Positions 52,701 to 64,000 of a stretch of 64,000 nt of DNA are shown in pieces (position 1 is the stretch's first letter; each line of letters starts with the position of its first letter). A program made the position numbers and the translations under genes. Origin of the DNA: Octopus vulgaris (lineage: Eukaryota); NCBI GenBank assembly GCA_951406725.2, contig OX597818.1, positions 80,786,001 to 80,850,000 on the forward strand, read 5' to 3'. The notes beneath the pieces were generated by a model that was not told where the DNA came from, ran no database searches, and saw only the letters and a list, made by a program, of their open reading frames with translations.

Positions 52701-54595
52701 TGTGGCATACATGGAGGTTATGGTTTTGGTTCCTGCAATGAGGAGGGAACCAGGCTGCTGGAGTTCTGCCAGGCAAATGATCTTATGGTTTGCAATACTA
52801 ACTTCAGGAATCCTAACAGTCACCTACCGATCTGATAGACACACAAGCCAAAGTGGTTACATCCTTGCCAGAAAAAGGGAAAGATGACTGCTTATAAATG
52901 CCAAACACTTCCCAGGCAAAGAATGTACCCCACAACATAGACTAGTAGTTAGCGACTTCAGGATCAGGGCTAAATGGATGCCCAGAATACGACCAGCATG
53001 GAGGAGAAGGGTCTGGAAGCTTAAAGACCCTGTGAATGGACAGAGACTTAGAGACGCATTACTCGAAGCTTTTGATGAAATAGAGGGGGATATAGCATCA
53101 CATAATATGGAAGACAACTGGAGGTTTCTACAGGACAAGCTGCTAAGGGCCACTGACCAGATCTGTGGATGGTGCAAACTCCCCTCTTGACTTAAGGTAA
53201 TGTGGTGGTGGAACGATGTTGTTGACAGGGCCGTTACAGAAAAGAAACAGTGCTTGGAAGGACTGGAAGAATGGTGGTAGCAGGGAACTGTATCAGACTG
53301 CCAGAAGGCAAGTTAAGAAGACAGGTTTATTTAGCGAGAGGGAAAGCAGATAAGAAAAAATTTGCCAATGATCTGCGCCATGATGACAAAAGACATGAGG
53401 TATTTTTTGTTGCATGACAGTGTGTGAGAGAGAATTGTGATGTCGTAGGAGAAAAATGTATCCACATGGATGATGGTTCACTTGCATTAAACGAGGCTCC
53501 AAAGAGAGAGGTTTGGAGATGCCACTATGAAAGGTTGCTAAATAAAGAGAATGAATGGGAGAAAGAGAGTCTGCCGAATGCCGACCCAACAGAGGGACCA
53601 GCTATCCGAATTGACAGTACCTTGGTAGATAAAGCAATTAAGGGTATGAAAACAGGGAAAGCCCTCGGCCCATAAGGAATCACCACAGAGATGCTCAAAA
53701 TATATGGTGGTGTTGGCTATAGCCTAGTCATCCATATAGTTAACCAGATGATACATGAAGTCCTACCCAATGACTGGTGTAGCAGCACCATAGTCAACTG
53801 CTACAAAAGTAAAGGTGACGCTCTAGGTACAAATAATTACAGAGGTATCAAGTTGTTGGATCAGGTAATGAAGGTCATGGAAAGGGTCATAGCCCAAATA
53901 ATTAGGTAGAGATTCAGTATAGATGAGATGCAGTTTGGGTTCGTGCCAGGGAAAAGCACCACCAATGCTATATTTCTGGTAAGACAGCTGCAAGAGAAAT
54001 ACCTATCCAAAGATAAACCTCTGTACCTGGCTTTTGATGACATGGAGAAAGCCTTTGACAGGGCCCCTTGATCCCTTTTCTGGTGGTGAATGAGGAAACT
54101 AGTGATAGATGAATGGTTAGTGAGAGCTGTGCAAGCCATGTACAGGGATGCTGTCAGTAAGGTGAAGGTTGGCAATGAGTAAAGTGAAGAATTCCGGGTA
54201 GGGGTCCACCAAAGATCAGCTCTCAGCCTCCTCTTATTTATCATAGTCTTCCAGGCAATAACAGAGGAATTCAAGACAGGATGCCCCTGGGAGCTCCTCT
54301 ATGCTGACAACCTCATTGCCATTGCCGCCAGACTAGCTCCCATGCAGGTGGCACGTAAAAAACACCTTTTGAGCATGGTTGTTGCCAGTATCGCCTGACT
54401 GGCCCTCGTGCCAGTGGTACGTAAAAGCACCCACTACACTCTCGGAGTGGTTGGTATTAGGAAGGGCATCCAGCTGTAGAAACTTTGCCAGATCAGATTG
54501 GAGCCTGGTGCAGCCTTCTGGCTTGCCAGTTCTCAGTCAAACCGTCCAACCCATGCCAGCATGGAAAGTAGATGTTAAACAATGACGATGATGAT
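52701..54595 (+). mobile_element. Internally deleted RTE-clade LINE nested in a SINE microsatellite
   Basis: Endonuclease end (NEEGTRLLEFC...NTNF), RT start (NYRGIKLLD, QFGFVPGKST, GVHQ.SALS, YADNL), then a jump to the RTE 3' UTR and (ATG)n tail. Confidence 0.9.
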
Positions 54596-55675
54596 ATATA
54601 TGACAAGCTTCTTTCAGTTTCTATCTACCAAACTCACTCACAAGGCTTTGGTCTGCTCAAGTCTATAATAGAAGACACTTGCCCAAGGTGCCACACAGTG
54701 GGACTGAACCCAGAACCATGTGGCTTGAAAGCAAACTTCTTACCATATAGCCATGCCTGAGTACTTTTTTTAGAAACAACAACAACCTATGCATTACATC
54801 TACCATTATTACTACATCTGTAGCCATTAGCTCCACAACAACCACTATCAACAGCATCAAAAGCAAGATTACTATACCAATACTTTTTCCCCCCCCGATT
54901 ATAAACTCAATCATACACAAATTCCAATACCTGTATCTGTATATCTACCTAAACATCCATCAACATATCTTAATATCATCTATTTAGCATTGTATATCTT
55001 TCTTTGATGTCTCATACAAATCAACCCTATATGTGAAGTAGGTCAACCTAGAAGATAATTTTGTCCCTGATGGACAATTTTTTCCTGAAAATCCTGTTGT
55101 TATTGGGATGTGTCTAACATGCCATCAAAAATGGTGTGTGTGGGGTGGGTGGGGTGTGTAGGCTGAATAAGCTAAACAATACTCCCTCAGCTTTGCCCTT
55201 TTCTTTTTTCTGATGAAAGACTAGCATCCAAAATGTTATAAAGACTCTTTCCTTTTACTTTCAAGTGTTACACTAATAGTTCATTTGTCAAAAATTGTTC
55301 CTGTTGTCTTTTCCTCATTTTTCCTCATTCACTCTCCCCACCCCCACCATTTTTGATGGCATATTTGAGACATCTCAGTGTCAGCATTGTACTTTCAGGA
55401 GAAAATGACCACCAGAGACAAAATTAAGTTACAAGTGGCCTTCTTCATATATAGGACCTGGGTTGATTTGTATGAGACGTTATTTGGTGAGGTTGGGAGA
55501 AAGTGCATCTTATATGCCATCAAATACAATATATATATATATATATATATACTTCTCCATTTTTTGATTTACCTTACTCTAATCAAATATTCTAAATGAC
55601 CTGAGATACTCATCCTGCCTTGGTTTTGTTGTCCATTTTTCTTTAATATATATATATATATATATGATTCAAAAT

Positions 55676-55882
55676 GTGACCGCGTGTATACCGTTGGCGA
55701 TTTTTTTTCCTCCGTCTTCCCCTCTTTGGATCTTTCCTTTTCCTATGTTTCTGATGAAGAGCTCCGCTCGAAATGTTAAACCCTCCTTCTTTCCTTCCTT
55801 CCTGAGCATCCAATAATATTATATTTGTTCCATGTCCTCGCGTTGTTGTGTTTTCTCTTTGTGTTTTCATGTTTGGATTAAC
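55676..55882 (+). mobile_element. Short hammerhead-bearing repeat (probable Penelope-like terminus), copy 1
   Basis: Between (TA)n tracts, ends TTGGATTAAC+(TA)n; homologous to 56778-56966. Confidence 0.6.
55747..55781 (+). ncRNA. Minimal hammerhead ribozyme motif
   Basis: GTTT-CTGATGA-A-GAGC-TCC-GCTC-GAAA-TG-TT-AAAC. Stem I is GTTT/AAAC, stem II GAGC/GCTC, and stem III is readable as decayed AACGTT. Confidence 0.65.
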
Positions 55883-55888
55883 TATATA

Positions 55889-55925
<37 letters not shown>

Positions 55926-56777
55926 ATAAGGGTGAAAAATACAATATTAATTTGATTAATATCAATTTAAAACATACATATAAACAGTGCTATGCGTGTT
56001 GCAAGTTTTCTACGGCCGGATGCCCTTCCTGACCAGTTGTCTAGCATATTAAAATCTGGAGATAAAGAAAAATTATATTACATACATATAAGCATAATGG
56101 ATGTCCATATAGTGGTCATCCCTCATATATATATATATCATCATTTAGATGGTTTGATTGGAACTGGTAAGCCAGAGAGCTGCACCAGGTTCCAGTCTGG
56201 GTTGGTATGGTTTCTATGGCTGGATGCCCTTCCTAATGCCAACCACTCCAAGAGTGTAATGGGTGCTTTTATGTGCCACCAGCATGGGTGCCAGTCATGT
56301 AACACTGACATCAGCCACGACTACAATTTCAGTTGGTTTGATGAGTCTTCTCAAACCTAGCATATCACCAAAGGTCACTTGCCATTACCTCTGTGAGACC
56401 CAACATCTAAGGATTGTGCTTCACCACTTCGTCCCACATTTACCGTTTCCACAGGTTCACTCCACAGTTAGAGATCAGCAACAATACCTATTTCTTTACT
56501 ACCCACAAGGGGCTAAACATAGAGGGGACAAGCAAGTACAGACAGACGGATTAAGTCGATTACATCGACCCCAGTGCATAACTGGTACTTAATTTATCGA
56601 TCCCGAAAGGATGAAAGGCAAAGTCGACCTCGGCGGAATTTGAACTCGCAACGTAACGACAGACGAAATATGGCTACGCATTTCGCCTGGCGTGCTAACG
56701 TTTCTGCCAGCTCACCGCCTTCATCAGCAACAATACCAACTCTGAGGAAAGTATGGGGAGGGGAAACTGCAACTATA

Positions 56778-56962
56778 TGTGACTGCGCATGTATCATTGT
56801 TGATTTCCTTTCTCCGTCTTCCCTTCTTTGGACTTTCTCTATATTTCTGACAAAGCACTCCGCTCGAAACATGAAATCCTCCTTCTTTCTTTCTTTCCTG
56901 AGTGTCCAATAACACTATACAAATTCCACGTTGTTGTGTTTTCTCTTTGTTCATTTTTGGAT

Positions 56963-56966
<4 letters not shown>
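56778..56966 (+). mobile_element. Short hammerhead-bearing repeat, copy 2 (degenerate core)
   Basis: Aligns by eye with 55676-55882; ATTT-CTGACAAAGCACTCCGCTC-GAAACATG-AAAT; same TTGGATTAAC+(TA)n end. Confidence 0.55.
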
Positions 56967-57001
<35 letters not shown>

Positions 57002-57230
57002 TTATACACACACACACACTTAGTATAATTTGAATAGAAATCTTGTAACATGTATTTAAGGACTCCTTCACTGTTATTTGGCTACCACATGTTATTCTAT
57101 ACTAAGACATTTTCCAGGGCTGGATACACATATTGGACTCCTTTTTGCATAAGGTTAATACAAGAATAATATAATATATTCTGATCTTCTATTAAAGCTT
57201 GATACCAACCCTTCTTCATGTTATATTATT

Positions 57231-57281
<51 letters not shown>

Positions 57282-57839
57282 ACATTGTACATACAAATGT
57301 TAGATATAACACATCCTAGCTTTTGTTATTGGAGGCACATGATCACGACAGTGTTTAAGAATTTATAACCTGTTGGAATATAATAAGTTGCGATAACAAT
57401 TGACACAAAATAGTACAGATAAAATGTACACCTGCATACGTGTGTAGGTGTGTGTATGTATGAATATATGTTTATGTATATGTGTGTGTGTTTATATATA
57501 TATATAAACACACGTACACATGTAGGCATGTGGATGAAAATGGGGGAAATAGAACTCAAAATATGAGTATATGTACATTTTTATTAATATTTAACAGAAG
57601 AGTGACTCAATTAATGCATGCACACACATACAAGCACGCACACACATTGCACATGAAGTTTGAAAAATAAAGAGACTGACAAATAATTAATGATAAACAT
57701 TGATACACAAGCAGGTAGATAAATAGGTATAGATAGATAGATAAGTATAGGTAGATAGATAGATTGATAGATAGATAAGTATAGATAGATTGATAGAGAG
57801 AGAGAGAGAGAGAGGTAAGGAAAGGGTAGATTGAATCAT

Positions 57840-57890
<51 letters not shown>

Positions 57891-59591
57891 ATTAGTTTGT
57901 TTCATTGAAAGATTAATAGTTTGATTAAATGACAGAAAGATAGACTTAGCAGGAGAAAAATAATGAGAGAGAAAAGAGAAGGACAATAAGACCAGACAGA
58001 AGACAAGATTTAGATTTGAAAAGAACAAAAATGGAAAATAATAACTGGATGGGAAAGGGTAAGGTGGTGTGTGGAAATGTGTGAGAGAAAATGAAAGGTA
58101 CAGAAAGAAAGAAGAAATTAAGAGACAATGATAGATAGATAGATAGACAGACAGACTGATGCAGATAGATATAGACAGATAGCTAGATTGTTAGATGCAG
58201 ATAGATATGGATGGATGGATGGATTAGCCAATAGATGGATGGAAGGCTAGCCAAATAGATGGATAAACCAATAGAGAGAGAGAGGTGGTTATATCAATAG
58301 ATAGATAAATCAACAGATAATTAGATTTGATGGATGGATAGGTAGATGGATAGATCAATAGATAGATAGGTGGATAGTTAGATAGATAGATAGATTTAGA
58401 TAGATAGACGTAGATAGAGATATAGACAGACATCGATAGATAGATAGATATAAGTAGAGATTTTGTGAGAGAAAGGGTAACAAAACATGAATAAAAGGAG
58501 AATAATGAAGTATAAAAAAGACAAGATAGACAAACAGGAGAAATGAAGAGAACATGAGAGTTGCTTATAGAAATGGTGGTGGGTAAGTTTGAAAGAGAAA
58601 ATAAAGATATTGGAGTGGTTGTTTATCTCCAAGAATGGCTGGTTTGTTTGGCGTTTAAATGACTGACATTTATTCTACTGTGTTAAAATACTCATTCTCT
58701 TTCATTATAATCATCAGTTTGGCCTGGACATTTTATGTTCTGAACGACTTCATATATTATTGTGTGCCAACCTCTCTGTTGTTTAAAAGAGGAAGTTTAA
58801 ACATGGTTCATTGAATCTCCTCTCTCCATGACTAATCTGGTTCAGAAAAGTGAACTTTTCTCTCCCATTCTCTCCCTCTCCTATCTTCTTTATCATTCTT
58901 TTCTCTTTATCTCTTTCAATCCTCTCTTGTGATCTTCCTATCTCTCTAAAATTTAACTTCTTCCTCTCTCCTTATCTTTTTAGTTTCTTTTATTTTACTT
59001 TTATTTTCTTTAATTTACCAATGTCCTTCTTCTTCTCTCTCTCTCTATCTCACTTCGTTTTTCAATCAACTCTTCTGCTCTCTCTGTCTCTCTGTTCTTT
59101 TTCCCCCCTATTTCTTTCATTGTCTTTATTTATTCATCCTGTTTATTTCTTGCTCCCTTCTTCCATGTTTTGATCCTTTCTTACATTTTCTCCTTGTTTT
59201 ATATCATTATACCAATTTCATCAGTTCTTTCTTCTTACTGGCATTATTTCTAGCTCTAGATCAATGTAGCCTTTCTTTACAACCAACAATTTGTTTGTCT
59301 GTCTGTACATACATACATACATCTATTTGTCTATGTTTGTCTTATTGCCTATCGGTCTAATTTATTCTATCGAATCTAATCTAATCTGGATGTCTATTTA
59401 TCTTTCATCTTCTTCCCATCTATCTATCTATCTATCTATCTAGTCAGTCTATCAATGTATTTCTCTCTGCCTATCTAACTATCCATCTATCTAATTTAAT
59501 TCTTCTATATATCTATCTATTTAATCTAATCTGATCTATGTATCTAATTTATCTGTCTAGTCAGTTTATCTATCTGTTTGTCTATCTGTCC

Positions 59592-59639
<48 letters not shown>

Positions 59640-59648
59640 CTCTTCTTC

Positions 59649-59679
<31 letters not shown>

Positions 59680-61366
59680 ACATAAATAGTCAGTCTATCT
59701 ATGTATTTCTGTCTGTCTATTAATCTATCTATCTAATTTAATCTCTCTATACATTTGTCTATTTAATCTTGTCTAATTTGTGTGTAATCTATCTATCTAG
59801 TCAGTCTATCTATCTGCTTATTTGTCTATTTCTGTGTCTGTCTGTCTGTTTGTCTATCTATCTGTCTATTTATCTGTCTGTCTATTTATCTATCTATCTT
59901 TCTATCTATCTGTCTATCTATCTAACTATCTATCTATCTATCTATCTTTCTATCTAATCTAATCTGTCTGTCTGTCTGTCTATTCCATCCATCTGTCTCC
60001 ACCCCCATATCAATCAGTTCATCCATCCATTAATTAATTAATGCAGAAAGAAAGGCTTATTTCAACAAACCCTTAACTATGATCTGAAATAACGATGCTC
60101 AGGTTTGGTGAGTGAAATTAATTGGGCCATTGCATCACAAACACATAACTTCACGAATGTGATGCACCGTTGGAGCAGAAAGATTTTGAATCGGATTTGT
60201 TAGAATATGAATTAATTGAGGGTTAAAATAAATGTTCTTCTGCTCAGTTGCCCATCATATGAAGATGTGTATCAATGTGGAAGTGACTTACACAGCTTGT
60301 AAATAAATATGCTCTACTGTAGAGCCCAAACCATCAAGGTACCCTTTAGTTCTCAGTTACTCAGCTGGCTAAAAATAGCAACCAAATCTCCCTAAACTGA
60401 TTGTTACTGCGCTGAGCAAAATGCTTTGCAGTATTTCTTCCAACTTAGTGTTCTGAGTTCAAATTCCACCGAGGTTGACTTTGCCTTTTGTCATTTTGGG
60501 GTCGATAAAGTATGTACCAGTTGAACACTGGGGTCGATGTAATCCCCTACCTGAACTTGCTGGATTTGAGCCAAAATTTGAAGTCAGTGTTAGAATACTT
60601 GAGTGTTACACATTGTATGACAAGTAACTTTGTAAGTATGCTTTTTACCACCATGAGTAATATCAGGAAATACGGCATATATACAGTAACTTTTTTATTT
60701 AACTTTTATCAAATTTCTTTGTTTATAAGACATGATGAAATGAATAATAATTTTCAAAAGAAAAAGTTTTATCATCTTCAAAATGTAATAAAACAAATCA
60801 AGCAAATTTCTCATTTGTATAACTCCCCGCCACCCATAACTACTCTGTCACTTACTCCAACTCTATCTCTATGATTCTTTCTATCTCTTTCATAGTGTGT
60901 ATAGCATTCCTTTACTCATTGCTTGTCACAAAGCCTAGTATGTGCATCCATCCTATGCCTCTTATATTAACTCTCTCTGTATTTCTCTATTATCTCTAAA
61001 GAAATCAACCAACCAACTAACCAACAAACATTTCTGTTAGCTATCATTAATACAAAGAAAAGCCGTATGCTACAAATTTCGTAGCAAGTATTATAGCCAA
61101 TTTACTTACACTTAGTATCTAAGTGGTACTTTAATATCGACCTAGAATGATGGAAAGCAAAGTTGACCTTGGCAGGATTTGAACTGGGAATGTACAAAAT
61201 ATAATTAAATATCATGTAGGACACAACCCAATGCAGTAGCTATTTTGCCTCCTCCACCCTTTGCTTTGTTTATTATTTTCCATGAAATTTGGTTTAAAAT
61301 TTTGAAATTTGTAATGAAAATTTACTTTGTGACTCAACTTTAATTCCTTTTTCTTTAATATTCCAG

Positions 61367-62720
61367 AAGCAGCATCATGAAACTACAACAGGCCAAACGC
61401 AAAAGACGGCGAACTCAAGAATATACCAGCACTAATGACCTCACCCAAAGCTATGACCCTCCTTCCTATGAAGATGTTGTCCGAAGAAGTGCAGGTCCCC
61501 CTTTATATAACATTACAACACCAGACACCGAAGATGAGGCAAGCGGTGCCGGCGGTGGCGGCAGCAACGACAAACTAGTGAATAACAGACGACTGCGAAA
61601 TAACAACGTCAACACAAAGAACATCAACATCTACAACAACACGCACAGCAAAAATAATGCAAACCACACTAATAACATGTCTTCCACTCAACCAAGAAAC
61701 AAATACGAGAACCTGGTTCAATCGGGGAATGACCACCATGGTGAGGAAGAGCAACCACTCAGATCGAGTGGAGATCATGTTTATAGTTGTTCAGTTATGA
61801 TAGAGTCCCCTGTCAGTTCGTCAAGAGCCAGATATAGTCATCGCATTAACAGCAGCAATAGAAACAGCAGCTGTAGCAACAGCAGCAGCAGCAGTAATAA
61901 TATGAGTGACTCCAATGAATTCCTCTTGGATACAAATGGAGGAAGCAGAGGAGGGGCAGATGTCTTGGCATCTCGTTTAAGCAATGGTGGCGATGTGAAC
62001 AGTGATGAAAAGTTAAACGGTGCCGTTGGATGTTCTCCTATGGCTACCTCTAGTCCGGGTTTGTATCCTGCGGCTGTAATGCCTCCTGCCACAGATTCAA
62101 GTATCGCTCCTTCTACTGCCTCCAGTACTGCTGCTACCGCTGCCACTACTGCTGCTGCTGCTGCCGCCGCCGCACCGTCTGGTGCCGCTGTCGTCTTGAA
62201 TGGCACACATAATGATAACTTTAATCCTCGCAGGTCTTACCCCACTACTGCTGCCATTGGAAACGACTCTGAGAGTTGTGACGATGATGATGATGATAGC
62301 TTCTCTCAACATGGTAACCTGCTCTCAAACATAGAGAACTTTTGTTTTGCCGACATGGAACCGTCGCCGAAACATAGCACAAAAAAATCCTCCAGCAATA
62401 GGAACAGCAACAACTATGATAACAGTAACAATATATTCTGTGATTTAAATTCTGTCAATTTTAATACAGACAATAATAATAAAAGGGGGAGTGGTGATAG
62501 TGTTTCAGGTGGCAGAAATGGTATTGAAGCGAAAACATCACCTGGCATTGCAAACGGCATTGGCGAAATGAATGGAACCAAGAATGATATTGTGACCCCC
62601 AGAACTAATGAAGAAGGTGGTGGTGGTGGAGGAGGTATGATGAAGATGCATAGAAACAGGGCTGTGGAAGAGAGTGAACTTGTAACACCACAACCAGAAT
62701 CGGTTAGACTGCTGCAGTGA
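61367..62720 (+). CDS. Terminal coding exon: basic juxtamembrane stretch and long low-complexity cytoplasmic tail
   Basis: Only long non-repeat ORF (447 aa from ATG 61377), GC-richer than its surroundings. Strong acceptor TTTTTCTTTAATATTCCAG ends at 61366. Splicing from 6643 gives AA+A = Lys, then SSIMKLQQAKRKRRR. Contains PPSYEDV, PPLY, poly-N/S/A/D/G tracts and ends ESVRLLQ-stop. Confidence 0.9.
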
Positions 62721-63397
62721 ATGATAAATCTCATAGATTATATTTTCTTTAAAATGAAAAATACATATTAAAAAAAATGGGAAGAATGTAGTGTGAAAGA
62801 GTGAATGATTAAAAGTGAGCAAGAAAGAATGAAAACAAGTAAGAAAGAATAAGAGAATGAAAGAGAAAGACAGGCTATGAATGAATTAATAATTTGCCAA
62901 ATTTCTTTTGCCCTCTTATATTCTCTTCTTCTGCTGTGACACATTCTGGACAATACCATAATTGGAAGAATGGAGGAAGGAATTTGTTAAAGAAGCAGAG
63001 TGTGTGTGCATGTGCAATGCATTTTCTCTTTATGTATGTGCATGCATGTGCAGTTATTCATTCTGTGGAACACATGCATATGCATGTACATACATGCATA
63101 TAAATATACATGCCCAGATACACACTCATATGCACACACATATACATGCACACACACACACACACACTCATATATTCATACATGCATGTGCTCACATACA
63201 CACATGCACACAAACAAATACCTGCTATCATGTCAAAAAGGTTTAATATCATCTCCTGGTCTTTGAGTGCCTTGAACAGGATTTATTTTGTCAAAAGCAA
63301 TCAGATCAGAACCCTGTCCATCCCTACCTATGACGGTTAATCTCACCAATTCCAGCAAGGTCTGTAAAAGTGATCAGTATTGCCACTCCATTCTTGA

Positions 63398-63431
<34 letters not shown>

Positions 63432-64000
63432 TAGATAGATAGATAGATAGATTCATTGCTTAATATTAAACAACTGAATGCCCAATACATATTATAGAGA
63501 TGGTTCTTTTAAATTTTTTTTATTAACACTGAATCTGAGAGCTTGTCTCACAAGACAACCTTTCAGCTTCAGTTTTAATAAAAAAAAATAAACTACACAC
63601 ACACAAATACTCTTATGTTAAATAGCTTACAACAAAAATTCTTCATTTATTAAAATTATCTTCACCTAAATGATGTATTATCATTCCCAAATGACAATTA
63701 TGACCAGCCTCACCTGAGAAAGGAATATATCCTCAAGATTCAAAAATTCTCCAAAACTGACATGACTTTAAGGAAAAGAATAGGTTTATTGTATGGAAAT
63801 AAGAGGATAGTCATGGACATATGTTTCTAGTCAATAGCCTTTATTAGCACAACAATTGTCCAGCCTTGTCTCCAGTACCCAAAGAATAAGACTTGACTTA
63901 TACGAACAAAAAAAAAAAGAGAAGAAATAGTAATAGCTTTGGTGGTTTGCATAATTTAAACAAAAACGAGCCAAAAGAAATAATTTGAAATGGCCAATAA

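Larger units (their letters stand above)
6644..61366 (+). other. Predicted 54,723-bp GT-AG intron
   Basis: Phase-compatible donor and acceptor joining a TM helix to a basic stop-transfer cluster. No convincing coding exon seen in between, but small symmetric exons cannot be excluded by eye. Confidence 0.7.

Noticed and set aside
61377-61379. ATG as start of a single-exon gene
   Set aside because: A strong splice acceptor lies 10 nt upstream and is in phase with the TM exon.
61838-62734. Antisense ORFs overlapping the terminal exon
   Set aside because: Shadows of a trinucleotide-rich coding strand with no independent signals.
63577-63582. AATAAA as the gene's polyadenylation signal
   Set aside because: Hexamers are common in this AT-rich DNA; cannot be assigned without transcript data.

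Overview
AT-rich, microsatellite- and transposon-saturated eukaryotic DNA; the SINE/LINE repertoire points to an octopus (coleoid cephalopod) genome (inference). Nearly all ORFs in the supplied track are microsatellite or repeat artefacts. The window holds the 3' part of one + strand gene for a single-pass membrane protein. A transmembrane exon (6535-6643) joins in frame across a 54.7 kb intron to a terminal exon (61367-62720) encoding a disordered tail with two PPxY motifs and a C-terminal dileucine signal. The intron and upstream flank carry decayed non-LTR elements (HERO, R4/Dong, RTE, RTE-X-like, CR1/L2 group), Helitrons, Tc1/mariner, hAT and piggyBac-type elements, three tRNA-SINE families and a 67-bp minisatellite. 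The most striking hidden signal is a set of type I hammerhead ribozyme motifs of the minimal, palindromic-stem-III kind known from Penelope-like retroelements, from several unrelated sequence families. One has an intact core (20003-20085) and sits in a 216-bp-arm fold-back with its own mirror copy. Three loci share the same back-to-back two-ribozyme geometry. Repeat boundaries were read by eye and many are approximate.
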